This document shows, piece by piece, positions 25,101 through 34,331 of a stretch of DNA of 48,759 nt (position 1 is the first letter of the stretch; each line of letters starts with the position of its first letter). The DNA is taken from positions 1 to 48,759 of the forward strand of contig DATBXC010000186.1 in NCBI GenBank assembly GCA_036514455.1. The letters run 5' to 3'. The notes under the pieces are model-generated. The model worked only from the letters and a program-made list of their open reading frames with translations, did not search any database and was not told the DNA's origin. This DNA is from Thermoplasmata archaeon (GTDB lineage: Archaea; Thermoplasmatota; Thermoplasmata; RBG-16-68-12). The translations under genes and the position numbers were made by a program.

Positions 25101-25325
25101 CTAGCCCTTCTTCATGATCTTCATGAACCCGGAGGACTCGAAGACCTGGAGGCTCCGCTTCTGGAGGACGTCCTCGAACTCCTCCCAGCTGATCACCTCG
25201 ATGCGGTTGTTCCGCCCCTTCGTGAACTGGATCGCGTCCTCGGTGCCCTTCACGCGCCCGGGCTTCAGGCCCGCCTTCCGGGCCTTCTCCTTCGCGGCTT
25301 CCACGCTGATCGGTTCCATCACCAT
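25101..25325 (-). CDS. small (74 aa) Lys/Glu-rich hypothetical protein
   Basis: ATG 25325 preceded by GGAGGGGA. A TATA-like TTATATAG lies about 60 nt upstream. Good GC3 bias. The ORF-track extension to 25670 is not supported. Confidence 0.55.
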   Translation of the reverse strand: MVMEPISVEAAKEKARKAGLKPGRVKGTEDAIQFTKGRNNRIEVISWEEFEDVLQKRSLQVFESSGFMKIMKKG

Positions 25326-25478
25326 CTCACGTCCCCTCCGGACCTCTCCGCGGGCGATATCGCGGCCGGATTCAAAGGTCGCTATATAACCGTTCGGAAG
25401 AGCGGGGCGCGGCGGCGAGGCGAATCGCTGGGTGTCCGGGTGGGCCCGAGTATTGATATTCGGTAGCGAGGGCTTAAC

Positions 25479-25691
25479 GTGCCCCGAGCCGTTGTGGTGT
25501 GCGTGGGAGGAACCCGCGAGTCCTGGGAACCGGCCAAGCCTCGCAAGGCGCTCGTCCTCCCGCCCGAACTGGACATGGGCGCGCTCAAGCTGGACGACCT
25601 CGAGTTCGACCTCGGCCGCGAGGTCGCGCGCATGAAGTCCGAGGATCAGGCGCGGACCGGTTCGCCGCACCCGCCGTCGAGGCCGCGGTAG
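25479..25691 (+). CDS. possible small ORF (70 aa) in the 420-bp gap before glmM
   Basis: GTG start about 20 nt after a TATTGATATT box. GC3-rich codons through ...LKLDDLEFDLGREVARMKSEDQAR.... No recognisable family. Confidence 0.3.
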   Translation: MPRAVVVCVGGTRESWEPAKPRKALVLPPELDMGALKLDDLEFDLGREVARMKSEDQARTGSPHPPSRPR

Positions 25692-25745
25692 TCGTACCCG
25701 CCCGCGTCACGGAAGGGTTTTGAGAGAGCCAGGGATTGACCCGCC

Positions 25746-27047
25746 GTGCGGCTCTTCGGTTCGTCTGGGATCCGCGGAATCGCGAACGTGGACGTGACCC
25801 CGGACCTGGCGATGGCGGTGGGCCGCGTCCTCGGCTCGTCCTACGGAGATGTGATCGTGGGCCGGGACCCCCGCCTGACCGGGGAGATGCTCGCGTCCGC
25901 CCTCATCGCAGGTGTCCTCGCGTCGGGTGCGGACGCGACGGATGCCGGGATGGTGAGCACGCCGACCCTCGCGCGGGCCGCGAGGGACCACAAGTGCGGG
26001 GCGGTCGTCACGGCATCACACAACCCCGCCCCGTACAACGGCATCAAGCTGTGGAACCCGGACGGGGTCGCGTTCGACGAGGCCCAGCAGGAGGAGGTCG
26101 AGGCGGCCCTCGAGAAACGGGACTTCCGCCATGCGAGCTGGGACCGCGTCGGGACCGAGAGGGTCGCGACGGACCTCGTCGCCCGCCACAAGGAGGCGGT
26201 CCTCTCCGCGGTGGGCCGCGCAGACCGGAAGGTCGTCGTGGACTGCGGGTCCGGCGCAACGTCCACGATCACGCCGTTCGTCCTGCGGGAGATGGGGTGC
26301 CGGGTGATCGCCCTGAACGCGCAGCCGGACGGGCACTTCCCGGGGCGGGACCCGGAGCCCACGGAGGAGAACCTCGAGGTCCTGCTGCACACGGTCCGCG
26401 CGACGCACGCGGACCTCGGGATCGCCCACGACGGCGACGGGGACCGGATGGTCGCGGTCGACGAGCGCGGCGCGTTCGTGGGCGGGGACGCGCTCCTCGC
26501 GGTCTTCGCAAGGCGGGAGGTGAAGCGCTCCGTGGTCGTCCCCGTGGACACGTCGATGGCGATCGAGGAGATGCTGCCCGGCGCGAAGGTCATCCGCACC
26601 CGCGTCGGGGACGTGTACGTGGCCCAAGAGGTCCGCCGCCACCGGGCGGACTTCGGCGGGGAGCCGTCCGGCACGTGGATCTTCCCGCGGGTCACCCTGT
26701 GCCCGGACGGCGTGTACGCGGCCGCGCACCTCGTCGACCTCGTTACGGAGACGCCGCTCTCGCAACTCGTGGCGGGCGTCCCGCGGTATCCGATTCTCCG
26801 GGGTGCCGTCCCGTTCCCCGCCCGCGAGCGGGCGGCGGTGACCGCGCGGCTCGACGCCGCGTTCGCGGCCTTCGGCGGGCAGGTCGAGACGGTCGACGGA
26901 TGGCGGGTCGCGTTCGAGGACGGCTGGTTCCTCGTCCGCCTCTCCGGCACGGAGCCGAAGGTCCGGATCACCGCGGAGGCCCGCACGGAGCCGCGGGCGA
27001 AAGAGCTTTACGAACTCGCCTCATCGAAGGTCCGGGCGGCGGCATGA
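25746..27047 (+). CDS. glmM: phosphoglucosamine/phosphohexose mutase
   Basis: FGSSGIRG start, phosphoserine loop TASHNPAPYNGIK, metal loop AHDGDGDRM, and C-terminal RLSGTEPKVR. Confidence 0.9.
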   Translation: MRLFGSSGIRGIANVDVTPDLAMAVGRVLGSSYGDVIVGRDPRLTGEMLASALIAGVLASGADATDAGMVSTPTLARAARDHKCGAVVTASHNPAPYNGIKLWNPDGVAFDEAQQEEVEAALEKRDFRHASWDRVGTERVATDLVARHKEAVLSAVGRADRKVVVDCGSGATSTITPFVLREMGCRVIALNAQPDGHFPGRDPEPTEENLEVLLHTVRATHADLGIAHDGDGDRMVAVDERGAFVGGDALLAVFARREVKRSVVVPVDTSMAIEEMLPGAKVIRTRVGDVYVAQEVRRHRADFGGEPSGTWIFPRVTLCPDGVYAAAHLVDLVTETPLSQLVAGVPRYPILRGAVPFPARERAAVTARLDAAFAAFGGQVETVDGWRVAFEDGWFLVRLSGTEPKVRITAEARTEPRAKELYELASSKVRAAA

Positions 27048-28270
27048 AGGCCTGGATCCTGAGCGCGGGGGAAGGGACGCGGATGCGGCCCCTCACCGCG
27101 AACCTGCCGAAGCCCCTCCTGCCCGTGGCGGGAAAGCCGTTCCTCGCGCACACGGTCGAGGCCCTCCGCGAGGCGGGCGTCGCCGAGATGTCCGTGCTGA
27201 TCGGGTGGCAGGGCCGCCGCGTGAAGGAGTACTTCGGCCGCGGGGACGCGTTCGGCGTGCGGATCGCGTACGAGGAGCAGAACGAGCGGCTCGGCACCGC
27301 GCACGCGGTCGGCCTCGCCCGCACGCACGTCGACGGGGACTTCCTGAGCGTGAACGGCGACGTCGTGATCTCCGCGCGGGCGGTGAAGGGCCTCCTGGAG
27401 TTCCACGGGAAGGTGAAGGCCCCCGTGATGGCGGTCGCGGAGGTCGAGGACCCCGCCGCGTTCGGCGTCGTCGAGCTCGACGGAGACCGCGTCGCCCGCT
27501 TGGAGGAGAAGCCGAAGGCCCCGCGGTCGAAGCTGATCAACGCGGGCGTGTACGTGTTCCCGAGGGACGTGTTCGCGGCGATCGACCGGACCCCGAAGTC
27601 CCCCCGCGGGGAGTTCGAGATCACAGACACGATCCGGATGATGATGGCGGACGCCGATGTGTACGCGTACCGCCTGCCGGACCCGTGGATCGACGTGGGT
27701 CGGCCGTGGGACCTCCTCGCCGCGAACGAGATCCTGATGCGGGGCCTGAAGGGTCGCGTCGACGGGGAGGTCGACCGGGCCGCTACGCTCGCGGGCGAGG
27801 TCGTGGTGGAGGCGGGCGCGCGGGTCCTGGGCGGGGCCCACGTGAAGGGCCCGACGATCATCGGGCGCGACTCGGAGGTCGGCCCGAACTGCTACGTGCG
27901 GCCCGCCACGACAATCGGGCGCGGGTGCAAGGTCGGGAACGGGTGCGAGGTGAAGAACTCGATTCTCATGGACGGCACCCACGTCCCGCACCAGAACTAC
28001 GTGGGCGACTCCGTCCTCGGGGAGCGGTGCAACCTCGGGGCGGGGACGAAGGTCGCGAACCTCCGCCTCGACGAGGAGACCGTGAAGATCCCGTGGAAGG
28101 GCCAGCTCCTGGACACGGGGCTCCGGAAGCTCGGGGTCATCATGGGGGACGACGTGAAGACGGGGATTAACGCGTCGATCGACGTCGGCACGATCGTCGG
28201 GGAGGAGACGTTCATCGGGCCCGGGGCGGTCGCCCGCGGCACGATCGCCCCCCGCAGCAGGATCTACTGA
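27044..28270 (+). CDS. bifunctional sugar-1-phosphate nucleotidyltransferase / acetyltransferase (archaeal GlmU-like)
   Basis: ATG 27044 overlaps the glmM stop (ATGA). LSAGEGTRMRPLT nucleotidyltransferase motif. The C-terminal half consists of left-handed beta-helix hexapeptide repeats. Confidence 0.9.
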   Translation: MKAWILSAGEGTRMRPLTANLPKPLLPVAGKPFLAHTVEALREAGVAEMSVLIGWQGRRVKEYFGRGDAFGVRIAYEEQNERLGTAHAVGLARTHVDGDFLSVNGDVVISARAVKGLLEFHGKVKAPVMAVAEVEDPAAFGVVELDGDRVARLEEKPKAPRSKLINAGVYVFPRDVFAAIDRTPKSPRGEFEITDTIRMMMADADVYAYRLPDPWIDVGRPWDLLAANEILMRGLKGRVDGEVDRAATLAGEVVVEAGARVLGGAHVKGPTIIGRDSEVGPNCYVRPATTIGRGCKVGNGCEVKNSILMDGTHVPHQNYVGDSVLGERCNLGAGTKVANLRLDEETVKIPWKGQLLDTGLRKLGVIMGDDVKTGINASIDVGTIVGEETFIGPGAVARGTIAPRSRIY

Positions 28271-28280
28271 GTCGGCCGCC

Positions 28281-29438
28281 ATGCGGGTCGTCCAAGTGTG
28301 CCCGTGGTACCACCCCCACGTCGGGGGCGTCGAGAGCCACGTCGCGTCCGTCGCCACGGAGCTCGTCCGCCGCGGGCACGACGTCACCGTGCTCACGAGC
28401 CGCTACGACCGGTCCCTCCCGGACCGCGAGGAGCGGGACGGCGTCCATCTCCGCCGCGTGAAGACGACCGGGGTCTGGATCCGCACGCCGATTGCGCCCG
28501 CCACGAAGGCGGCGCTCGCGGGGCTCGACGCGGACGTGGTGCACGCGCACTCCCCGCCGCCCCTCACCGCGTACTACGCGGCGAAGGTCGCCGCCCGCCG
28601 GCGGATCCCGTTCGTGATTACGTACCACGCGGATGTGGAGCCTCCGACGTTCCTCGGCCCGCTCATCGAGGCCACGTACCGCCACACCCTCGGGTACTCG
28701 ACGATGCGGCGGGCGGACCGGGTCATCGTGACGACGTCGACGTACGCGGCGACGAGCCGCGCGGTGTGGCGGTTCAACCCGGAGGTCGTGCCGAACGCCG
28801 TGGACCTCACGCGGTTCCGCCCGGAGAACGACGGCCTCCCGGTGCGGGAGTTCCACCGCATCGGCCCGCGCGAGCCCGTTGTCGTGTTCGTGGGGCGGAT
28901 GGTCCCGCACAAGGGAATCGAGAGCCTGATCGAGGCCTCCGCCCGGGTCCCGTACGCGAAGTTCCTCCTGGTGGGCGGCGGGCCGGAGATCCCCGCCCTC
29001 GAGCGGCTCGTCCAGCGGCTCGGCGTCGGCGACCGCGTGCTGTTCGCCGGCCCCGTCCCGGACGAGCGGCTGCCCGGCTACTTCGCCGCGGCGGACCTGT
29101 TCGTCCTGCCCTCCGTCTCCCGCCTCGAGGCGTTCGGCATCGTCGCGCTCGAAGCGATGGCCTCGGGGAAGGCGGTCGTCGTGACCGACATCCCCGGCGT
29201 CCGGGAAGTGATTGCGGACGGGCGGGAGGGACTCCTCGCGGACCCCGTGAACCCAGAGGACCTCGGCCTCAAGATCCGGATCCTGCTCGCGGACGACAGG
29301 CGGCGGGCCGAGATGGGCCGGGCGGGGCGGGAGGCCGTCGAGCGCAGCTACTCGATTGCGCGGGTCGTCGACCGGATCGAATGGGTGTACCGCGATGTCC
29401 TCGAACGGAGGCGGAGGGACCTCGGGCCCGGCCTGTGA
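28281..29438 (+). CDS. GT4-family (GT-B fold) glycosyltransferase
   Basis: MRVVQVCPWYHPHVGGVE... N-terminus. C-terminal EAFGIVALEAMASGKAVVVTD (E-x7-E region). Confidence 0.9.
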   Translation: MRVVQVCPWYHPHVGGVESHVASVATELVRRGHDVTVLTSRYDRSLPDREERDGVHLRRVKTTGVWIRTPIAPATKAALAGLDADVVHAHSPPPLTAYYAAKVAARRRIPFVITYHADVEPPTFLGPLIEATYRHTLGYSTMRRADRVIVTTSTYAATSRAVWRFNPEVVPNAVDLTRFRPENDGLPVREFHRIGPREPVVVFVGRMVPHKGIESLIEASARVPYAKFLLVGGGPEIPALERLVQRLGVGDRVLFAGPVPDERLPGYFAAADLFVLPSVSRLEAFGIVALEAMASGKAVVVTDIPGVREVIADGREGLLADPVNPEDLGLKIRILLADDRRRAEMGRAGREAVERSYSIARVVDRIEWVYRDVLERRRRDLGPGL

Positions 29439-29457
29439 TCCCTGCGTCCGCGCGGAC

Positions 29458-29841
29458 TCACGGCACGACGTCCAACTTCACGGGCCGGCCGGAGTAGTCC
29501 CACGCGGCCCACGTCGTCTCGTCGTACGGATGGCCCGTGACGATGTGCACGCCGCCGAACTTCGAGAACAGCCGCAGGTCCTCGTCCGACGGGTGGAACG
29601 CCCCGCTCGGATGGCTGTGGACCGTCCCCACGACGCTGAAGTCCGGCGGCATGTGGTACAGCTGGAAGATCGCGTGCCGCTTCCCGCCGATCGTCCCTGG
29701 AATCAGGAGGAGCTCCGTGATCACGCCCTCCTCGGCCCGCAGGATCGCCCCGAACTCGTTCGGGTACGAGTCCTTGGACGCCCCGAGGATCATCCGCAGG
29801 GTCTTCCGGCGGATCGCGGTCGGGCGCTGGAACGGGGCCAT
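29458..29841 (-). CDS. JAMM/MPN+ metalloprotease-domain protein
   Basis: ATG 29841, 6 nt after the NAD kinase stop. JAMM motif HSHPSGAFHPSDEDL. 127 aa. The ORF-track extension to 29994 is an artefact. Confidence 0.85.
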   Translation of the reverse strand: MAPFQRPTAIRRKTLRMILGASKDSYPNEFGAILRAEEGVITELLLIPGTIGGKRHAIFQLYHMPPDFSVVGTVHSHPSGAFHPSDEDLRLFSKFGGVHIVTGHPYDETTWAAWDYSGRPVKLDVVP

Positions 29842-29846
29842 CGGGG

Positions 29847-30653
29847 TCACGGCTTCGCGAGCTTCTGCTCGATCCTCTGGTAGAAGTCGTCCCGGAACCG
29901 GATGAACCGCGCGGGCCGGTCGCTCGACGTGAACGAGAGCCGCTCCTCGCCGCGGAGCGGGATCTCGTGCTGGCCGTCGAGCACGAGGAGGCACTCCTTG
30001 GGGCGGGCGATCTGGACGTCCACGCGGCTCGTCGGCGGGAACACGTACGGACGCGCGGCGGGCTTGAACGGCGCGATTGCGGTGACGATGATCGCCTGCA
30101 GGCGGGGGTCCACGATGGGCCCGCCCACGGACATCGAGTACGAGGTCGAGCCGGTCGGCGTCGCGACGATGATCCCGTCCGACCGCACCCGCTCCGCGAC
30201 CTGGCCGTCGACCCGGACCTCAAAGCTCCGGATTTTCGAGATGTGGGCCGTGTGGACGACGGCCTCGTTCAGGCAGTCGTACCGCCGGCGCCCGTCCACC
30301 TCGACCTCGATCCGCATCCGCCGCTCGACCGTGTAGTCGCGGGCGAGGACCCGCGGGAGGTACGTGTCGACCTCGTTCCCGTAGATCTCCGCGAGGAAGC
30401 CGAGGGACCCGCTGTTGATCCCGAGGAGGTCGCCGTCCGCGAGCTGGAACGCCCGCAGGATCGTGCCGTCCCCGCCGACGGCGAGGATGACGTCGAAGCG
30501 CTCGCCCTCGAACCCGGTCCCCTTCGTCCCGAGGTGGGCCGCGATTTCCTTCTCGAGGACGACCTCGTGGCCCTTTCCCACGGACTTCACAATCCGCCCG
30601 CACAGCTCCGCGGTTCCCGGGATCTTCGGGTTCGCCGTGAGGCCGATCCTCAC
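29847..30653 (-). CDS. nadK: NAD kinase
   Basis: Motifs GGDGTILRA and INSGSLGFLAE. 268 aa. The start overlaps the upstream IMPase-family stop by 4 nt. Confidence 0.9.
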   Translation of the reverse strand: MRIGLTANPKIPGTAELCGRIVKSVGKGHEVVLEKEIAAHLGTKGTGFEGERFDVILAVGGDGTILRAFQLADGDLLGINSGSLGFLAEIYGNEVDTYLPRVLARDYTVERRMRIEVEVDGRRRYDCLNEAVVHTAHISKIRSFEVRVDGQVAERVRSDGIIVATPTGSTSYSMSVGGPIVDPRLQAIIVTAIAPFKPAARPYVFPPTSRVDVQIARPKECLLVLDGQHEIPLRGEERLSFTSSDRPARFIRFRDDFYQRIEQKLAKP

Positions 30654-31441
30654 CGGATCACCTTCAGGACGTCCGGGTCCCCATACGCGACGAGGTTCGT
30701 GCGGGCCTTCGGATCGACAGGCATGTCGAGGCGGTCCCCCCGGAGGTCCACGACCTCCCCGCCCGCCTCCCGCACGATGAGCGCCCCCGCGGCGACGTCC
30801 ATGGCCCGCAACTCGTGGCCGACCTCAGCACTGTGCAGGTAATAAAGGTCCACCGCACCCTTCGCGACCAGGCAGAGGTCCAGGGACGCCGCCCCGAGGT
30901 TGCGGACCCGCCGCCCCCGGGACGCGACCCGCACGGCGTCCGGGTGGGCGTTCGTCCCCAGGTAGACATCGAACACGGTGTCGTCCCGCGCGAGAGGCCT
31001 TCTGGCCCGGATCCGGCGGCCGTCCAGCGTGGCCCCCTTCCCGCGCTCCGCGTAGTACGTGTGCCCGGTGACGAGGTCCCGGACGAGCCCTGCCTCCATG
31101 GCCGCGAGCCGCTCCACCGCGCCGGACGGGGCCGTGGGGCACGCCGCGACGGAGACGGAGTACGCGGGCAGCCCGCGGACGGCGTTGTGCGTCCCGTCGA
31201 CCGGGTCCAGGACCAGCGTCCACTCCCCGGGCCCCTCGACCCGCCCCGCCTCCTCGCTCACCACGGTGTACGGCAGGTCCCGGGACTTGAGGAACTGGAA
31301 CGCGGTCTGCTCCGCGACGAGGTCGATCCGCTGGGTCGGCGTCCCGTCCGCCCCCATCCCGGTGACCTCGCCGGGGTCCCCCGCGTACGCCCGGACGGCG
31401 GCCTGGACAGCGTCCGCGAGGCCCTGGAGAATCGCCTTCAC
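30650..31441 (-). CDS. suhB: inositol monophosphatase / FBPase family phosphatase (possible NADP phosphatase)
   Basis: Motifs VSEE, LDPVDGTHNAV and AMDVAAGALIV. GTG 31441 lies 22 nt after a TATA box, so it looks leaderless. Confidence 0.9.
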   Translation of the reverse strand: MKAILQGLADAVQAAVRAYAGDPGEVTGMGADGTPTQRIDLVAEQTAFQFLKSRDLPYTVVSEEAGRVEGPGEWTLVLDPVDGTHNAVRGLPAYSVSVAACPTAPSGAVERLAAMEAGLVRDLVTGHTYYAERGKGATLDGRRIRARRPLARDDTVFDVYLGTNAHPDAVRVASRGRRVRNLGAASLDLCLVAKGAVDLYYLHSAEVGHELRAMDVAAGALIVREAGGEVVDLRGDRLDMPVDPKARTNLVAYGDPDVLKVIR

Positions 31442-31462
31442 GGGCCGCCTACCGGAGCCCCG

Positions 31463-31470
31463 GATATAGA
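31463..31470 (-). promoter_or_regulatory. TATA box (TCTATATC on the minus strand) for the IMPase-NADK-JAMM operon
   Basis: Isolated AT-rich octamer 22 nt upstream of GTG 31441. Confidence 0.45.
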
Positions 31471-31555
31471 ACTATCGCCGCGCGCCGGCCCCTCGTCAAG
31501 CACGTATTGTAGGGACGGAGGGGATTTGCGGGGGACGCGCCCTCTCCGGGGGCAG

Positions 31556-32005
31556 ATGGCCCAAGTCGTGAAGGTACGGAACGCGATGTCCACCGAGGTC
31601 TTCGAGATATCCGAGGACGCGACGGTCCAGGCCGCGGCGCGGCGGATGTCGGAGACGCGGGTGAACAGCCTCATCGTGCGCCCGGAGGCGAAGGAGGACC
31701 CGTTCGGGATCATCACGTCGACGGACATCGTGGACGCGATCGCGGACGGGCGGGACCCCGCCACGACCGCGGTGGGGGACGTCGCGGCCGCGCCCCTCGT
31801 CGTCGTGACGCCGGGCGTCCCCCTCGCGTACGCCGCCCGCCTGATGAAGCGCGCGAACTGCCGGCACCTCGCCGTGTTCAACGGCCGGGAGATCGTCGGG
31901 ATTCTCAGCGCGTCCGACGTCGTGAAGGCGGTCGGCCAGGCGGGGAGCGCGGTGACGGCCCGCGGGAAGCGGGCGGACGAGGTCTCGCTGGCGACGATGC
32001 ACTAG
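31556..32005 (+). CDS. CBS-domain pair protein
   Basis: ATG 31556. Two CBS repeats (VRNAMSTEVFEI... / ...LVVVTPGVPLAYAARLMKRANCRHLAVF). The ORF-track extension to 30815 is antisense to suhB and is an artefact. Confidence 0.85.
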   Translation: MAQVVKVRNAMSTEVFEISEDATVQAAARRMSETRVNSLIVRPEAKEDPFGIITSTDIVDAIADGRDPATTAVGDVAAAPLVVVTPGVPLAYAARLMKRANCRHLAVFNGREIVGILSASDVVKAVGQAGSAVTARGKRADEVSLATMH

Positions 32006-32057
32006 TCCCGTCTCCGGGCCGGAAGGCGGCCAGCCGGAGGCCTGCCGATTCGACATG

Positions 32058-32066
32058 CTTATATAG
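32058..32066 (+). promoter_or_regulatory. TATA box (CTTATATAG) of the thermosome gene
   Basis: AT-rich element about 50 nt before ATG 32115. GGAGGAG at 32102-32108. Confidence 0.5.
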
Positions 32067-32114
32067 AAGTCCTCACTTAGAACCCGGTACTCCCAGGCAA
32101 CGGAGGAGTCGCTT

Positions 32115-33764
32115 ATGATGCCTGCAGGAACTCAAATCTTGGTACTGAAGGAAGGGACGCGAAGGGAGCGGGGCAAGGGTGCCCAGTTCAACAACATCGC
32201 CGCCGCGAAGGCGGTGGCGGACGCCGTTCGGAGCACCCTCGGCCCGCGGGGAATGGACAAGATGCTCGTGGACTCCCTCGGGGACGTCGTCATCACGAAC
32301 GACGGCGTGACGATTCTGAAGGAGATGGACATCGAGCACCCGGCCGCGAAGATGCTCGTCGAGGTCGCGAAGACCCAGGACGAGGAGGCCGGGGACGGAA
32401 CGACCACCGCCGTGATCCTGGCGGGGGAGCTGCTCAAGAGGGCGGAGGAACTGATCGAGCAGAACATCCACCCGACTGTGATTGCGTCCGGGTACCGGCT
32501 CGCGAGCGAGAAGGCCCGCGAGATTCTGGAAAAGGTGTCCACGAAGGTGGCAATCGACGACGCGGATGTCCTGAAGAAGGTCGCGGTCACCGCGATGGCC
32601 TCGAAGTCGGCGAGCGGCCACAAGGACCATCTGGCGGACATCGTCGTGAAGGCCGTCACGACGGTCGCTGAGAAGCGGTCCGACGGGAGGTATTACGTCG
32701 ACGACGACGACATCCAGGTCACGAAGAAGCAGGGGGGCTCCATCGCGGACACGGAGCTCGTCGAGGGCATCATCGTCGACAAGGAGCGGGTCCACCCGGG
32801 AATGCCCGCCCAGGTCGAGAACGCGAAGATCGCCCTGATTGACGTGGCCCTTGAGGTCAAGAAGACGGAGATCGACGCGAAGATCGAGATCACGGATCCG
32901 AGCCAGCTCCAAGCCTTCCTCTCGGAGGAGGAGAACATGCTCCGCCGGATGGTCGAGACAATCCGGAAGTCCGGCGCGACGATCGTGTTCTGCCAGAAGG
33001 GCATCGACGACCTCGCCCAGCACTTCCTCGCGAAGAACGGCATCTACGCGGTGCGCCGCGTGAAGAAGTCCGACATGGAGAAGCTCGCGAAGGCGACGGG
33101 CGGGAAGCTCGTCACGAAGCTGGACGAGCTCTCGAAGGACGACCTCGGGCACGCGAAGCTCGTGTTCGAGAAGAAGATCGGCGACGACGAGATGACCTTC
33201 GTCACGGGCTGCAAGAACCCGAAGGCGATTTCGATCCTGATCCGCGGCGGCACGGAGCACGTCGTGGACGAGGTCGAGCGGTCCCTCGAGGACGCCCTCA
33301 GCGTCGTTGCGTGCGCGGTCGAGGACGGGAAGGTCATCACCGGCGGCGGGGCCTCCGCGACGGAAATCGCCCTGGGCCTCCGGGACTACGCCTCCACCGT
33401 CGGCGGCCGCGAGCAGATTGCGATCGAGTCCTTCGCGGACGGGATGGAGATCGTACCCCGGACGCTCGCGGAGAACGCGGGCCTGGACCCGATCGACACG
33501 CTGATCGCAATCCGGAAGGAGCACAGCAAGGGGAACAAGCACGCGGGCGTGAACGTCTTCACCGGCAAGGTGACGGACATGCGGAAGGAGAACGTCGTCG
33601 AGCCGATCCGCGTCGGTGCACAGGCAATTTCCTCCGCGACGGACGCGGCCGTGATGATCCTCCGCATCGACGATGTGATCGCCGCGAAGACGGGCGAGGG
33701 TGGCAAGGGAGCCGGCGGCCCGAGGGGCGGCGAGGAAGGCGGCGGCGAGGGCGAGGAGTTCTAA
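32115..33764 (+). CDS. ths: thermosome subunit (group II chaperonin)
   Basis: Motifs [28 protein letters not shown] and VVGGGA-type. [12 protein letters not shown] tail. Confidence 0.95.
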   Translation: MMPAGTQILVLKEGTRRERGKGAQFNNIAAAKAVADAVRSTLGPRGMDKMLVDSLGDVVITNDGVTILKEMDIEHPAAKMLVEVAKTQDEEAGDGTTTAVILAGELLKRAEELIEQNIHPTVIASGYRLASEKAREILEKVSTKVAIDDADVLKKVAVTAMASKSASGHKDHLADIVVKAVTTVAEKRSDGRYYVDDDDIQVTKKQGGSIADTELVEGIIVDKERVHPGMPAQVENAKIALIDVALEVKKTEIDAKIEITDPSQLQAFLSEEENMLRRMVETIRKSGATIVFCQKGIDDLAQHFLAKNGIYAVRRVKKSDMEKLAKATGGKLVTKLDELSKDDLGHAKLVFEKKIGDDEMTFVTGCKNPKAISILIRGGTEHVVDEVERSLEDALSVVACAVEDGKVITGGGASATEIALGLRDYASTVGGREQIAIESFADGMEIVPRTLAENAGLDPIDTLIAIRKEHSKGNKHAGVNVFTGKVTDMRKENVVEPIRVGAQAISSATDAAVMILRIDDVIAAKTGEGGKGAGGPRGGEEGGGEGEEF

Positions 33765-33797
33765 GGACCCCCCGGTGGGGGCCCTCGGAGGGCTCCG

Positions 33798-34331
33798 ATG
33801 GCCGAAGAACCCAAGCAGGAACCGCAGCCGACGGAGGCTCCGCCGCGGGCCGAGGTCGTGGATGTGGCCCAGCTCGCGCGGGAGCTCGCGGAAGCCCGGA
33901 TGCGAGGCGACGAGCTGCACGCACGCCTCCAGTACCTGCAGGCGGACTTCGAGAACCTCCGCAAGCGCACGGAGCGGGACATGGAGGCCGTCGTCCGGAA
34001 CGCGAACGAGGGTCTCGTTTCCCGCCTCCTGCCGTTCCTCGACGACCTCGACGCGGCGGGCGCGTCCGTCCGGGGCAGGGCGGGCAAGGGGCTCGCGATG
34101 CTCCGGGACAACCTCCTCAGGGCTCTCCGGGAGTCCGGGCTCGAGGAGATCCCCGCCACGGGTGCCACCTTCGACCCGTACCTCCACGAGTGCGTCCAGC
34201 AGGTGAACGACGCGGGGGCGACGGACGGCATCGTGAAGGAGGTCGTCCGGAAGGGGTACCACTTCCAGGGAAAGGTCCTGCGGCCCGCCCAGGTCATCGT
34301 CGTGAAGAAGGAAGGTGAGCACGATGCCTAA
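33798..34331 (+). CDS. grpE: nucleotide exchange factor GrpE
   Basis: [15 protein letters not shown] coiled-coil followed by a beta-domain (FDPYLHECV...). GGAGGG lies before the ATG. Confidence 0.9.
   Translation: MAEEPKQEPQPTEAPPRAEVVDVAQLARELAEARMRGDELHARLQYLQADFENLRKRTERDMEAVVRNANEGLVSRLLPFLDDLDAAGASVRGRAGKGLAMLRDNLLRALRESGLEEIPATGATFDPYLHECVQQVNDAGATDGIVKEVVRKGYHFQGKVLRPAQVIVVKKEGEHDA

Noticed and set aside
24330-25745. Possible integrated element next to tRNA-Leu (tRNA genes are common integration sites)
   Set aside because: There is no integrase, recombinase or phage/plasmid-like gene on either side. I did not spot a direct repeat of the tRNA 3' half nearby. The flanking genes are small hypotheticals with host-like GC and codon usage.
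25736-28270. 844-aa plus-strand ORF suggesting a giant fusion protein across glmM and the GlmU-like gene
   Set aside because: The first 436 codons are an out-of-frame read of glmM (Arg/Gly/Pro-rich). The real gene starts at the internal ATG 27044, which overlaps the glmM stop.
29446-29457. 12-nt palindrome GTCCGCGCGGAC between the convergent GT4 and JAMM genes, considered as a bidirectional terminator
   Set aside because: With a minimal loop, only a 4-bp stem is possible. There is no T-run on either strand. Palindromes of this size are expected by chance in GC-rich DNA.
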